Positions 28,394 through 39,180 of a stretch of DNA of 64,000 bases are shown here, in pieces (the stretch's first letter is position 1; each line of letters opens with the position of its first letter). The DNA is from Candidatus Hodarchaeota archaeon (lineage in GTDB: Archaea; Asgardarchaeota; Lokiarchaeia; Sigyniarchaeales; SOKP01), in the NCBI GenBank assembly GCA_048887225.1, contig JBHLJY010000006.1:64001-128000 (forward strand), written 5' to 3'. Below the pieces are notes generated by a model. The model was not told the origin of the DNA. It saw nothing but the letters and a program-made list of their open reading frames with translations, and did not search any database. Both the position numbers and the translations under genes were made by a program.

Positions 28394-29419
28394 TTATTCT
28401 TTTAAACTCGAGCCACAGCTGGTACAAAAATTATCATCAGCTTTAACCGGCTTTCCACACGTAGGGCAAAATTTTACACTTAGGGGAGGTACGACAGGTG
28501 GTTTAGCTATGGCTGGTTTTGGAATTTCAGGTTTTTTTGCTAATATTAGGAGGGTCACTAGAATAACAATACTTGCAATAGCTATGATACTTAAAAATAT
28601 CCACCACCAATTATAATAAAGAAAAGCTCCTTCTAATACTATTTCAGCGATTGTATCTCCATCATATGTCCATACATAATACAGAAGAATTCCATCACGA
28701 GTGTATATTGATTTAGATTCATGTTCCTCGCACTTCTTAGTGAATTTTGGTTCCCACTTAGTTGAGATACCACATTCTTCTTCTGTGAAAAAGAATATTC
28801 TTTTTTCCTCATTAGCTCCACCTTCTTCATTATCATCTTCAAGTTCATCTTCAAATCCATCAGCTAAATCATCCCAATCTGTATTTGCACTTACAAAACA
28901 TTTGAAAAGACCATATGAAAAAGCCATATGATCTGAATAATAATCTTCGTCAAATTTTGGAATTATTGCCCTTTTGTTATGATCTTCTCTATCCCAATCT
29001 TTCTCATCCCAATTTTCGGTTTCGTAAAAATTGTATAAATATGGCACACAATTGATTTCATCACTATCGTAATCAAATACTTTTTCGTCTCTAATTTCTA
29101 AAATATATATTTTCCATCCTTCAACATCTTCGTCCCATTCGGATTGATCAAACCACCAATCAGTAAAATTTTCTGCGTATGCTTCCGAATAACCAAGATC
29201 TTCAATATAATCTTGAAAAGGATCCTTGTCGAATTTTGTGGTCCAAATATAGGTTTGTCCCTCATTAATTCCACAATAGTATGGTTTATAATAAGCTAAA
29301 GCATAATTTATTAGCGGTAGTAAACATATTGTAGTTAGTGAGATAAACAGCATAAATTTTGAACTTTTAATAGTTACACACCCATAATTTTTTATTGGAT
29401 TCATTTTTTTAATGGACAT
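28394..29419 (-). CDS. Single-pass membrane/surface protein with C-terminal zinc ribbon; paralog of 42679..43503
   Basis: N-terminal hydrophobic signal, acidic/aromatic ectodomain, TM helix, CPTCG..FCTSCG. Confidence 0.8.
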   Translation of the reverse strand: MSIKKMNPIKNYGCVTIKSSKFMLFISLTTICLLPLINYALAYYKPYYCGINEGQTYIWTTKFDKDPFQDYIEDLGYSEAYAENFTDWWFDQSEWDEDVEGWKIYILEIRDEKVFDYDSDEINCVPYLYNFYETENWDEKDWDREDHNKRAIIPKFDEDYYSDHMAFSYGLFKCFVSANTDWDDLADGFEDELEDDNEEGGANEEKRIFFFTEEECGISTKWEPKFTKKCEEHESKSIYTRDGILLYYVWTYDGDTIAEIVLEGAFLYYNWWWIFLSIIAIASIVILVTLLILAKKPEIPKPAIAKPPVVPPLSVKFCPTCGKPVKADDNFCTSCGSSLKE

Positions 29420-29433
29420 TTTAAATTTATGAT

Positions 29434-29518
29434 GTAAGAGTATTTATACATTATTGTCTCTAATAAGAGAATTACGGTTAAAAATCGCTTTTAATACTTC
29501 AAAAAAGCCAAATTTCAA
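29434..29518. repeat. 85-bp intergenic direct repeat, copy 1 (putative promoter module)
   Basis: Near-identical to 31989-32073; TATAAATA on the - strand. Confidence 0.85.
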
Positions 29519-29604
29519 TTAATAATTTTTAAATAGTGAAAGTATATAAATGTAAAATATAGGTGAATTTTAAATAATGAATTATAGTAGAGGTAGAACT
29601 AATA

Positions 29605-30690
29605 ATGCCTATTTTGAATAGATCAAAAATACGACCAGATGTGCTCAAACTCTACGATGATGTTTTTAAGGAGCAAATGAATGGTGTCATTGAATTTATA
29701 AGTAGAGAAGAGAATAAAGAATTTAATTTCCAGACTATCTATAAAAAAGTCATGGATGCAAATGAACTTTTTTTTAAAAGAGAGAAGAGCGTCGAGGAAC
29801 TAAATAATATATTGACGAAAAAAGAAAGACTCTTTATGGTAAAATTGCTTCGATATGCATTCGAGTATGGTGAAACTTTAGCACAAAAAAAATCCCCTAT
29901 ACCTGATGATGTAAAAATAGAGAAAATTATTGTCAATGGTATTCCTGCTGAGTGGCAAATCGTACCTGGGGCTGAAAAGAGCAGAGTCTTATTATACTTC
30001 CATGGAGGGGGCTGGATTATGGGGTCTCCCAATACCTGCCGATTACTTACAATTGAACTGGCCAACGCAACTAAAATGCATGTTTTAAGCGTTGATTACA
30101 GGCTTGCACCTGAGCATCCATTCCCTGCAGCAGTGGAAGATTGTGTTGCTGTATACAAATGGTTGTTATCGAATGATATAAACCCCGAGGATATAATAAT
30201 TTCAGGAGATTCTGCAGGGGGAAATTTAACACTCGCAACACTTATAAAATTACGAGATGATGGAATTCCTTTACCTGCTGGAGCAATACCAATCTCACCA
30301 GCCACAGATCTTTCATTTGTAGATGATATTTCAAGCCTTGATGATTTATTTATTAAAAACGGTGAAACCGATCCAATTTTAGCCGATCTCGGAATTTATT
30401 GGTGGTCCTATATTTATATAGCAGGAGCAAATTCTCGAGATCCGTTGATCTCTCCTGTATTTGGGGATTTAACAAGATTACCACCGATATTAATCCAAGC
30501 AAGTTCATGTGAAATGCTTTATAGTGAGATTAAACGTTTTTTTGAAAAAGCTAAAGAAGCAGGAGTTGATGTTGAACTACAAACTTGGGATGATATGGTT
30601 CATGTATTTCAAGGATTCGGACTGCACATACTTCCTGAAGCAGAGGAAGCAATAAAAAAAATTAGCCAATTTGTCCAAAAATTAATTTAA
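29605..30690 (+). CDS. HSL/Aes-family esterase-lipase
   Basis: HGGGW, VDYRLAPEHPFP, GDSAGG, HVF. Confidence 0.92.
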   Translation: MPILNRSKIRPDVLKLYDDVFKEQMNGVIEFISREENKEFNFQTIYKKVMDANELFFKREKSVEELNNILTKKERLFMVKLLRYAFEYGETLAQKKSPIPDDVKIEKIIVNGIPAEWQIVPGAEKSRVLLYFHGGGWIMGSPNTCRLLTIELANATKMHVLSVDYRLAPEHPFPAAVEDCVAVYKWLLSNDINPEDIIISGDSAGGNLTLATLIKLRDDGIPLPAGAIPISPATDLSFVDDISSLDDLFIKNGETDPILADLGIYWWSYIYIAGANSRDPLISPVFGDLTRLPPILIQASSCEMLYSEIKRFFEKAKEAGVDVELQTWDDMVHVFQGFGLHILPEAEEAIKKISQFVQKLI

Positions 30691-30717
30691 TAGTAAATCA
30701 GGTGAAGAAATTTTACA

Positions 30718-30810
30718 ATATCTTGAACTAAATAGATAATTTCTTGAGTTTCTTTCTAAGATATAAGATTCTCTAAGTTTACTTAATCAAAAATGCCAAA
30801 TTTCAAACGA
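30718..30810. repeat. Mosaic intergenic repeat element
   Basis: ATATCTTGAACTAAATAGATAAT followed by AAGATATAAGATTCTCTAAGTTTAC...CAAAAATGCCAAATTTCAAA, shared with the 33.2, 39.2 and 40.7 kb copies. Confidence 0.8.
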
Positions 30811-30812
30811 TT

Positions 30813-31904
30813 TTATTGTATTACTTTGTCGGTTCCTTTGAAATAGCTAAATACTTTATTAGTAAATAGATCTAATGCATCAAAATAATTTCCGAGACCA
30901 AAAAGCTCTATAATAAAGTATTCAGCACCAGCATCAGTATATTCGCATATTTGTTCTATAACTTCATCTGAAGAACCAGCAATTATTACCGCTTCTATAA
31001 TATCTTCAGGGATATTCTCCAAAGCATAATCTCTTAATTTGTCCGTATATTTTAACAGTTCTGTCATAGGTAACTTAAAGACTTGTTGCGAGTTTAATTC
31101 TTCTGATATTGTAATATTATAATCGTCTAATAATTCAGGATTAAGGCATATTGAAGCACCAACAGTGCGCCCTACTTCATGTGCTTTGTCTGGATTTTCG
31201 TCACTAATAAAAACAAAAATTTCACAAGCTTTTACGATCTCATCGATTCTACCTGCTTTTCTTAACTGAGTAAGGTGTTTTTTGTATAGTTTTGGACTAT
31301 AATTTATAGGTATCCAACCATCAGCATGTTTTCCAGCAAACTCAATCATTTTCGGACCATTAGCGGCGATCCATAATTTTGGTAATACTTTTGTTGGATA
31401 CTGTAATCTCGCATTCTTTAAATTATAGAATTCTCCTGAGTAATTTACAGTTAATTTTCGTGATTGAGAAGTTTTCCACAATAATTTTATCACTTCTATA
31501 GCTTCTTTCAATCTTTTGACAGGTTTATTCCATTGAACTCCAAAATCAGTTAAATTCATCCCCTCCCCTGTGCCAATTCCTAAAATAAACCGATTCTCTG
31601 TGATCCTCTGCATTGTGAGAGAATCTAATGCGATTTGAGCCGGATGCTTTCTATGAGGATCGGTTACACTAGAACCTATTTCAATATTTTTAGTTTCTGC
31701 GGCAGCCCAACCTAATAATACATTACAACTAGGGATTTCCGCTCTTGGGGGAGTATGGTTTAAATGGTCCATAATAAAAACTGAATCATACCCAACGCTC
31801 TCGGCATATTTAATGGATTTCAAATAGGTGTCGGTTTTCATAAGTATAAAGGAGCTATTCGTTCCATGTTCTATTCCAAATTTTACATCCAATTTTCTCA
31901 CCAT
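30813..31904 (-). CDS. LLM-class (luciferase-like, possibly F420-dependent) oxidoreductase
   Basis: MDH, VTDPHRKHPA, GIGTGE, AANGP; start moved to MVRKL because the longer ORF runs through repeat DNA. Confidence 0.88.
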   Translation of the reverse strand: MVRKLDVKFGIEHGTNSSFILMKTDTYLKSIKYAESVGYDSVFIMDHLNHTPPRAEIPSCNVLLGWAAAETKNIEIGSSVTDPHRKHPAQIALDSLTMQRITENRFILGIGTGEGMNLTDFGVQWNKPVKRLKEAIEVIKLLWKTSQSRKLTVNYSGEFYNLKNARLQYPTKVLPKLWIAANGPKMIEFAGKHADGWIPINYSPKLYKKHLTQLRKAGRIDEIVKACEIFVFISDENPDKAHEVGRTVGASICLNPELLDDYNITISEELNSQQVFKLPMTELLKYTDKLRDYALENIPEDIIEAVIIAGSSDEVIEQICEYTDAGAEYFIIELFGLGNYFDALDLFTNKVFSYFKGTDKVIQ

Positions 31905-31988
31905 TAATAGAAAATTTTCAAATTGGTTTCTATATTGATTACTAATTGTTTGATTTATATTTTTTATTAGATATTTTAAACTTATAAC

Positions 31989-32073
31989 GTAAGAGTATTT
32001 ATACATTATTGTCACTAAAAGGAGAATTACGGTTAAAAAGCGATTTTAATACTTCAAAAAAGCCAAATTTCAA
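31989..32073. repeat. 85-bp intergenic direct repeat, copy 2
   Basis: Near-identical to 29434-29518. Confidence 0.85.
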
Positions 32074-32210
32074 ATGAAAAATTTAAAATTGATTCATTTT
32101 TTTATAATTAATCTCATTATATTATGAATTATTCTTAGAATTAACTTTATATTATTTCATAACACAAATAAATACATTATAAAAAAAATTCAAAGAAGTT
32201 GGATATACAT

Positions 32211-32597
32211 ATGACTGAAGGAAGTTATGCTGAAGAGATAAAAGAATATTATGAGCCATTAAATAACAACGAAATATTCAAAAAGAAATTCAAAAATCAA
32301 CAATTTAAAGTTCTCTTAAATCCGAGTGATGATGATTACGCAGCTCTTGTAATTGTTGATAAAGGAACCATTTCAGTTGAAGTAATAGCAAATAAACCTA
32401 AAGAAAATATAAGTAAGGAAGTCTTAGGTTGGGACGGAATGATGGAAACTACAAAACAAATGTTTGATGACATTGATGAGGGAAAAATCTCAACTGGCGC
32501 TGTTGTAAGAAAAATGATCTCAGGCAAAATTAAAGCGAAAAATATCAGAATAGTATCCAAATTAGATAAAATACAAGCTTTATTAACAAATAAATAA
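32211..32597 (+). CDS. SCP2-like small protein
   Basis: ALVIVDKGTISV...MISGKIKA pattern. Confidence 0.55.
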   Translation: MTEGSYAEEIKEYYEPLNNNEIFKKKFKNQQFKVLLNPSDDDYAALVIVDKGTISVEVIANKPKENISKEVLGWDGMMETTKQMFDDIDEGKISTGAVVRKMISGKIKAKNIRIVSKLDKIQALLTNK

Positions 32598-32704
32598 GAT
32601 TTTTTTGATTTTTTTTTCATAAGATATTCATATATTTGTTCTAAGATATAAGATTGAAATGAAAAAAAAAAGGATTTTAATTTAAAATATTTCCTTGTTC
32701 ACTT

Positions 32705-33100
32705 TTATTTGCGCTTCTGTATTATAATATGAATACCTAATATAGTGAAAAAGATATTAATAATTATAGCTATTATGGTACCAGCATTTAATATATTATA
32801 CATAGCAATGCCCATAATTTGAACGATTATCATTAAAATTTGTACCAATACGCCGAATAACACCCATTCCTCAATCTTCTCCCAGTTATCTAATTGCTTA
32901 TACAACCTTATCAAAACTACTAACCAAGCTATAAACATTGCTGCTACAAGTCTAGCCATAACTGGATCAAAATAGCCTGCTTGACCAAGTACTGCATGAT
33001 AAGTCTCATAAGAAATAATAAACCACAAGCCGTAAATAATTAACACTATCATACCTGCAATCCAAAAGATTTTAAGCTCTTTCTCAACATCTAATGCCAT
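32705..33100 (-). CDS. Hypothetical 4-TM membrane protein
   Basis: Four hydrophobic segments. Confidence 0.75.
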   Translation of the reverse strand: MALDVEKELKIFWIAGMIVLIIYGLWFIISYETYHAVLGQAGYFDPVMARLVAAMFIAWLVVLIRLYKQLDNWEKIEEWVLFGVLVQILMIIVQIMGIAMYNILNAGTIIAIIINIFFTILGIHIIIQKRK

Positions 33101-33140
33101 TATTTTTCCTCTCTTTTTATTTTTTTTTTTAATTTCTATT

Positions 33141-33312
33141 TTTTATTAGATATTTCAACCATAAATTTATGGATTACGTAAAGAATTGACAATTAAGTAT
33201 TTAACATTTTTGTAATAGGTGATTTAGAAAGAAAATCAAGAAATTATCTATTTAGTTCAAGATATAAGATTTCTCTAAGTTTACCTAGTCAAAAAAGCTA
33301 AATTTCAAATGA
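33141..33312. repeat. Mosaic intergenic repeat: inverted copy of the 39.2 kb module joined to a second module
   Basis: 33141-33270 is the reverse complement of about 39194-39325; 33259-33312 matches 30758-30810 and 40711-40760. Confidence 0.85.
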
Positions 33313-33445
33313 TAAATAAATTATACATTTGTTCTCTTATTATTATATCTTGTTTAGAAACAAGTGTTAACCTAAATAAAGAAATTAAAATCTCTAATTT
33401 TTTTTATTCTTTTTTTCTTTTAGTTTTTCTTTAATATTAGGATTT

Positions 33446-34177
33446 TTAGAATATTTTATTTGAGAATTGATCCAGATGGACAAAATCGCTCAATTCCCTC
33501 CGGTATTTTGTTCCACTTTTCCCAAATTTTCTCTCATATCCAAGTCGGAATATCAATAACAACCGATAATTTTTTTCGGGAATGTGTAGAATTTTTCTAA
33601 TTTTACGGACGGATTCGATATTCATCAATTGACCACTTACGAGTTGTGCACTTATTCCGAGATTATTTGCAGCGAGCCATATATTTTGCATTACGCCCCC
33701 AATACTCATTATGCCCCATAAATGCTTTAACGAACCAACTCCGGGTCGTTTTTGATTGTAAAGAATAAACAATAATACTTGCGAATTTTGAATTAATGCG
33801 GAATATAAATGCATTGATTTCCTCCAAAATTCGTCGTCTTCAACCAGTTTCGGATTAGTCTGTAAATCCATAACAAATTTAGGTAAAACATCGACATAAA
33901 CTCCGTCTTTTTTAGTTTCGAGTTCTTCTATGGTGTGGCGAACCCAGTAGAAATGCTCATCGACTTCCTTTTTGCCGAGCCTAAAACCTACTTCAGAAAG
34001 TTGCCTTTTAACCTCCTCGTCCTTTACAACAATTATTTCAAATGGTTGCGAATTATGAGGTGTTGGCGCGAAACGGGCTGCTTCAAGAATCTTTTTCAAT
34101 TCAGAATCAGGAATCGGTTTTTTTGAAAACATCCATCTCGAACTCCTCCTAAATTTAACTAACTCTTCAAATTCCAT
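33446..34177 (-). CDS. Nitroreductase family protein
   Basis: RRSSR, ARFAPTPHNSQP, QNIWLAA, LGY. Confidence 0.9.
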   Translation of the reverse strand: MEFEELVKFRRSSRWMFSKKPIPDSELKKILEAARFAPTPHNSQPFEIIVVKDEEVKRQLSEVGFRLGKKEVDEHFYWVRHTIEELETKKDGVYVDVLPKFVMDLQTNPKLVEDDEFWRKSMHLYSALIQNSQVLLFILYNQKRPGVGSLKHLWGIMSIGGVMQNIWLAANNLGISAQLVSGQLMNIESVRKIRKILHIPEKNYRLLLIFRLGYERKFGKSGTKYRRELSDFVHLDQFSNKIF

Positions 34178-34392
34178 TACGCATCACGATAGTAATATTT
34201 GAAATTTCTTTTTTCATTTTTTATTTACTTCAATTAATATTTAATATTCATTTGATTGATATTATCATCAATAGATTTATTTATCTCACTATAAACTAAT
34301 CTTATAATAGCTAATGCTAAGGATTTGCAGTCATCTAAATCTATAATTTTTTTTTATTTTATCCTGATATTAAATCATATTCTCTTCTAAAA

Positions 34393-35436
34393 CTATATTT
34401 GAAAAAATAATAGTTTCAATAAGACGTAAAATCCAAAAAAACCTATTAAAAAGGCAGCTTCCCATTTCTTAAGAGTCTTTTCAGTCCATAAAAAAATATA
34501 TGCTATTGATATTGCAATAAAAAGCATTGGTATATCAAACATTATTAAAATAGGTTCTACTCTGAAGTCTATTATTATTGCTCCTGCACCAGTAGCTAGG
34601 AGAATGTCGCAAATGTTAGAACCTAATATATCTCCAACGGCAAGTCCATGTGAGCGGCGGCGTAATGCTGTTAAATCTGTCATTAGTTCTGGTAAACTCG
34701 TTCCTAATCCTACAATTAAAATACCTATTACATTTTCGGGTATACCTAATTCTCTTCCCAGAGTATGAGCACTAAGGATTGTTAATTCAGCTCCAATAAT
34801 TAAAATAAAAAGTCCTATTAAGAATATCCCAACATCTTTCTTAGTTGATAACTTTTCAAAACGCTTATCAACAGCCTCAAAACTTTGAGGGTCCAATCTT
34901 TTTTCTTCGATGGTTTGAGTTTCTAATTTAGTCTTTTCTATTTTCCTTTCGCTTTTAATAATTAATAATAAGTAGAGAAAATATATTGCCATCATTATAA
35001 GAGCGTCTATGCGAGAAATTGTACCATCAAGAGCAAATAAAAGAAATATGAAAACTGATATAAACAACATAAACCCTTCCCTTATTAAAACCCACTTACT
35101 CACATAAACGGACTGGGTTAGTCCCAATATTCCTAAAATAAGCGTTATCTGGATTAGAAACGACCCAATCTTGTTTCCGATAATTATACTATCTACATTC
35201 GGGTCTATACCATATAATTTATCAAGTCCCCCCATAATACTTACTGCAATCTCTGGTAAGCTAGTGCCAATAGATAAAACAGTAAGCCCTACTAATAAAT
35301 GGCTTACACCTAAGCGGTATGCTATATTTTCCAAACTAATAATAATTAATTTTGCACCAAAATATAATGCTACAAACCCTAAAAGAATAAAAACAATTAT
35401 TAAATAGATCATCCCAATTTTTAATGAAAGGCTCAT
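34393..35436 (-). CDS. Calcium/sodium antiporter (YrbG/CaCA family)
   Basis: Two GTSLPE repeats, GSN. Confidence 0.92.
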   Translation of the reverse strand: MSLSLKIGMIYLIIVFILLGFVALYFGAKLIIISLENIAYRLGVSHLLVGLTVLSIGTSLPEIAVSIMGGLDKLYGIDPNVDSIIIGNKIGSFLIQITLILGILGLTQSVYVSKWVLIREGFMLFISVFIFLLFALDGTISRIDALIMMAIYFLYLLLIIKSERKIEKTKLETQTIEEKRLDPQSFEAVDKRFEKLSTKKDVGIFLIGLFILIIGAELTILSAHTLGRELGIPENVIGILIVGLGTSLPELMTDLTALRRRSHGLAVGDILGSNICDILLATGAGAIIIDFRVEPILIMFDIPMLFIAISIAYIFLWTEKTLKKWEAAFLIGFFGFYVLLKLLFFQI

Positions 35437-35496
35437 TTAAAAATATTTATATTTTTTTTATTAAACTTTAAAGGAGAAAATATCATTCATATTATT

Positions 35497-35865
35497 ATGG
35501 CACTTGAAAGGAAAGATGCTCCAAAAACCTTTATTCCTACTTTTATGATATGGATTTTCCTCTGTAATATTGCAGCGATAATCCTAGCGATTATATGGAC
35601 TATTCAATTTCCCGAGAGCTTTAGATTTGATGCGATAGTATCAATGTACATAATAATTGCGATAAATGGACTTAGCATCATTCTATTATATCCGATGCTA
35701 AATATGGATCCTATAACTCCATTTCTAAAGGGGGCACTCATATGGTTTATTGTAATATCGATAATATATGTTGTTTTGGGTGCATACATTGCATTAATTC
35801 CAGGAACAATCCAATTACTAGGAGACCTTTGGTTTCATTGGAAGCGGAATAAGCTGATAGGATGA
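35497..35865 (+). CDS. Hypothetical membrane protein
   Basis: Three to four hydrophobic segments. Confidence 0.7.
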   Translation: MALERKDAPKTFIPTFMIWIFLCNIAAIILAIIWTIQFPESFRFDAIVSMYIIIAINGLSIILLYPMLNMDPITPFLKGALIWFIVISIIYVVLGAYIALIPGTIQLLGDLWFHWKRNKLIG

Positions 35866-36068
35866 ATCTACCGATTCAATCAAACTGATAATGAATATTT
35901 AGCATATCAAGAAGAAATTTTGAGAAGGATGAAAAGATAATGACGACATTTGACGAATTTTTCATTTCTATCTTATAACTTCGAACAGATATATATGATA
36001 AAAAATAATTAAATTATATAAATTAAAGCAAATAGAAGTAGAATAGCTGGGAAACCTATTTCTATTAA

Positions 36069-36965
36069 TTATTCATTTTTACTCTGACGTCTTTTATAAA
36101 ACAGATATGCTGCAGTTAGTTGTGCTGCGGAGAAAAGAAGCATTCCGATTAAAGCTGCAGATATACTGGGTGTTAACCATAATTTAAATTCAGGATTATC
36201 TTCGCTAGGGGGACCAAAGCTAACATCTTCAAATCTGGGATCAGGCATATCTAGAGATGCTTCTATTATATTTTCATAATAGGTTGGTATAAATAAGGGT
36301 TCAATACTTGTCCTAGTAACCATTAAGACCGTTTCAATAATGTTGAATGCTATAAGAAATAATAATATACTGATAATAATTGCGGCTGATTTACTTTTAT
36401 TTATACTACTCATGAAAATTACAAAAGTAAATACCATAAATGTATATAATAAAGCCCAGCTCATTGAATTTATGTATGTATCTGGTATTTCACCGTATTT
36501 ATAATTTGTAGTGATGCCAATTATTATATAATAAAAAACTATCAAAATACTGTTTAAAACATATCGTGAGATTATTCTGCCTATAAGAAGACGACTTTTG
36601 CTTATTTTTGGAAATAATAGATTTCCTGTTTGTTTTTGAAAATCCTCAGCAATAATTCCCCCACCAAACGTTGCCGTACTTATTATTATAAGAATTCCAA
36701 AAAAACCAAAATATTCTTCAATATAATCAATAGGTTCTTCTGGTAATTCGACTCCAGCTGCCACTTCAAGTTCATATATTAATAAATTTAATAAAAAGAT
36801 ACTTAAATATACGAGAAGCATAATCAAAAAAGTTTTCCACGTCCTTTTAAATTCAAAATTTATTGTATCAGTAATCTGAGTAATATAACGTTTTATACCA
36901 ATCGTCTGCTTTTCTGTAATTATTTGGTCAAGCTCTAACTGCTCTTGAATTAATTCTGTTGACAT
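36069..36965 (-). CDS. ABC-2 type transporter permease
   Basis: Six TM segments, IAEDFQKQTG..ISKSRLLIGR; adjacent to the ATPase. Confidence 0.85.
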   Translation of the reverse strand: MSTELIQEQLELDQIITEKQTIGIKRYITQITDTINFEFKRTWKTFLIMLLVYLSIFLLNLLIYELEVAAGVELPEEPIDYIEEYFGFFGILIIISTATFGGGIIAEDFQKQTGNLLFPKISKSRLLIGRIISRYVLNSILIVFYYIIIGITTNYKYGEIPDTYINSMSWALLYTFMVFTFVIFMSSINKSKSAAIIISILLFLIAFNIIETVLMVTRTSIEPLFIPTYYENIIEASLDMPDPRFEDVSFGPPSEDNPEFKLWLTPSISAALIGMLLFSAAQLTAAYLFYKRRQSKNE

Positions 36966-36969
36966 TTAT

Positions 36970-38025
36970 TTACCTCCTAAATTTTTTCTTTCCCTTAGTT
37001 ATAATTTCATTTCCGTAAGCCTCGTAAGAATCGCCAGTAAGGTCAATAAACAATTTCTCGAGTAAATTAGCTTTAGGTACTGAAAATTCTAATACATTAA
37101 AATTGTTTTTGAAGAGAGCATTATGAATTTTTAACTGATTTTTTGGAACCCCGTTAAAAGGTACTTCAAATATCTTAGAATTCTCACTAAAGGTAACTTT
37201 TATAGTGTTATCACCTTCTATTCCCGTTAAAGGCAAAATGATTTTATTTAATCTTTCCAATAAATCAACTAAATTATACTTTGATGTGTCATATAATTCA
37301 AAGTTTATTACACTTTTTCGAGCCATTAATTCTAAATTATCCAATGTATCAAACGCGATTAACTTTCCTTGGTTGATTATTGCTATCCTATCTGCTACTT
37401 CACTGATTTCGTAGAGTAGATGGCTGCTTAAAAAAATTGTTTTTCCCATTTGCTTTAATTTCAGAATGAAATCACGTACATCTTTTCTTGCTTTTGGATC
37501 TAAACCTGTTTGAGGCTCATCTAATACAACGATATCAGGATCGTGGACGATTGCAGAACATATTCCAATCTTTTGTCGCATTCCTTTCGAAAAAGTCTTG
37601 ATTTTTTTATTTAACCATTCAGATAAACCGAACATTTCAACTACTTCCGCAACGCGATCTTTAACTTTTTTCCTTGGATATCCCTTTAAATTTGCAAAAT
37701 AACTCAATATTTGACGCGGTGTCATATCGCCATAAAATGCAGGAATTTCTATTAAAAAACCAATATTATCTAAGAGATAATCTCTATTTTTGAGTGTTAA
37801 TCTCTCTAATTTACCGTTATTTCTGATCCAAATCTCGCCATCTGTTGGTTTCAGTAAATATGCCATCATCTTCATAGTAGTGGTTTTTCCTGCCCCATTT
37901 GGACCAAGAAATCCTACAATCTCCCCACGCTTTATTTCTAAATTAATATTAGAAACAGCATAAAACTTTCCAAACCTCTTTGTTAATCCTCTAAATTGAA
38001 TTAAAATATTTTCGTTATTTTTCAT
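36970..38025 (-). CDS. ABC transporter ATP-binding protein
   Basis: GPNGAGKTT, FSKGM, LDEP, SSH. Confidence 0.93.
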   Translation of the reverse strand: MKNNENILIQFRGLTKRFGKFYAVSNINLEIKRGEIVGFLGPNGAGKTTTMKMMAYLLKPTDGEIWIRNNGKLERLTLKNRDYLLDNIGFLIEIPAFYGDMTPRQILSYFANLKGYPRKKVKDRVAEVVEMFGLSEWLNKKIKTFSKGMRQKIGICSAIVHDPDIVVLDEPQTGLDPKARKDVRDFILKLKQMGKTIFLSSHLLYEISEVADRIAIINQGKLIAFDTLDNLELMARKSVINFELYDTSKYNLVDLLERLNKIILPLTGIEGDNTIKVTFSENSKIFEVPFNGVPKNQLKIHNALFKNNFNVLEFSVPKANLLEKLFIDLTGDSYEAYGNEIITKGKKKFRR

Positions 38026-38216
38026 CTCTATCTTTAACGCTCTTCACTTTATTTTCATACTTTGCTATTGCTTGTTCAGATTGTTTTATTATATTTTGAA
38101 CTAATATATAATTTCTTAATTTTCTTTCTAAATCACCTTTTAACAAAAATGTTAAATCTTTAAATATTTATTTGTCAAAGAAAAATAATTTAATAATTAA
38201 TCTCATATAAATCCTT

Positions 38217-38603
38217 ATGGATAAATTATTAGAAATCAAAAGAGAAATAGAAGAAAAGAAGGGTAGAGTATGGCTCGGGATAGTATCAAAAGCTGAGAAA
38301 ATTCTTAATGACCTTAGCAGGTATTTGGATCACCCTAAACTCCATGAAGATCTTACATTGGCAGAAGAAATCATTAAGTTGTATGAATATGCAAAAGAAA
38401 CTAATTTTACTAGAATGGAGGGAATTATTCGTAAACTCGATCAACTAAGTATCAAAATTGGAATTGTTCCAGCTGAAATAGAGAAAAAAAAACTAGAAGC
38501 AACAGATTCTACCCTACATGAAAAAGAACCAGTTTGTAAAAATTGCGATAATGTAAATAGAATCACCGCAAAATTTTGTGATAATTGTGGCGCAAAACTT
38601 TAA
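38217..38603 (+). CDS. Hypothetical protein with C-terminal zinc ribbon
   Basis: CKNC..FCDNCGAKL. Confidence 0.75.
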   Translation: MDKLLEIKREIEEKKGRVWLGIVSKAEKILNDLSRYLDHPKLHEDLTLAEEIIKLYEYAKETNFTRMEGIIRKLDQLSIKIGIVPAEIEKKKLEATDSTLHEKEPVCKNCDNVNRITAKFCDNCGAKL

Positions 38604-38630
38604 TTGTATAATATAAAATATAGGGAAGGC

Positions 38631-38800
38631 TTTATATCTCGAACTAAATAGATAATTTTTTGAGTTTCTTTCTTAATCGCCCATTACAAAAATGTAAAAT
38701 ATTTAAATACTTATTTGATAATTTTTTATTTAATCCAAATTTATGGGTGAAATATCTAATAAAAAGAATTGAATCCAATAAGAAAATGAAATAGAGGTGG
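38631..38800 (+). promoter_or_regulatory. Repeated upstream module (also at 39194-39360, partly at 38088-38158, inverted at 33141-33270)
   Basis: TATATCTYGAACTAAATAGATAAT...AATTTATGGGTGAAATATCTAATAAAAA...AAATAGAGGTG before an ATG. Confidence 0.75.
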
Positions 38801-38805
38801 AAATT

Positions 38806-39138
38806 ATGCCATATATTATACTTACTATGTGGTATCCGACACATAAGAGGGAAGAAGCTATAAAAAAGTATATTGAAGTATTAAAAAAATATCCTCAGAG
38901 TAAAGTACCAGGAAAAATGATTGTACCTGTTGCTGTAACTACAAATAAAAATGGAATAGTAGCCATGCGTATTAGGGAAGTGAAAACAGGTGACGCTCAA
39001 GCATTTGCAGATGCCTTGACCATGACCTCACAACAAATGGCGGAATTCCAGGAGATCGAGGGATTGGAATATAAAATTAGAGTTTGGGATACAATATCTG
39101 AAGCCATGGCCAATATAGGAAGGGAATCACCTGAATAG
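38806..39138 (+). CDS. Small hypothetical protein, distant paralog of 39371..39697
   Basis: YIILTMWYP vs YIMLTGWVP; similar length; EAM near both C-termini. Confidence 0.78.
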   Translation: MPYIILTMWYPTHKREEAIKKYIEVLKKYPQSKVPGKMIVPVAVTTNKNGIVAMRIREVKTGDAQAFADALTMTSQQMAEFQEIEGLEYKIRVWDTISEAMANIGRESPE

Positions 39139-39180
39139 TGATAACTTCGGATGAAAAGTTTAAAATTTTAAATTCTTCTT

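Noticed and set aside
31905-32015. N-terminal 37-aa extension of the LLM ORF
   Set aside because: It runs through AT-rich intergenic and repeat DNA; the family-like sequence starts at MVRKL.
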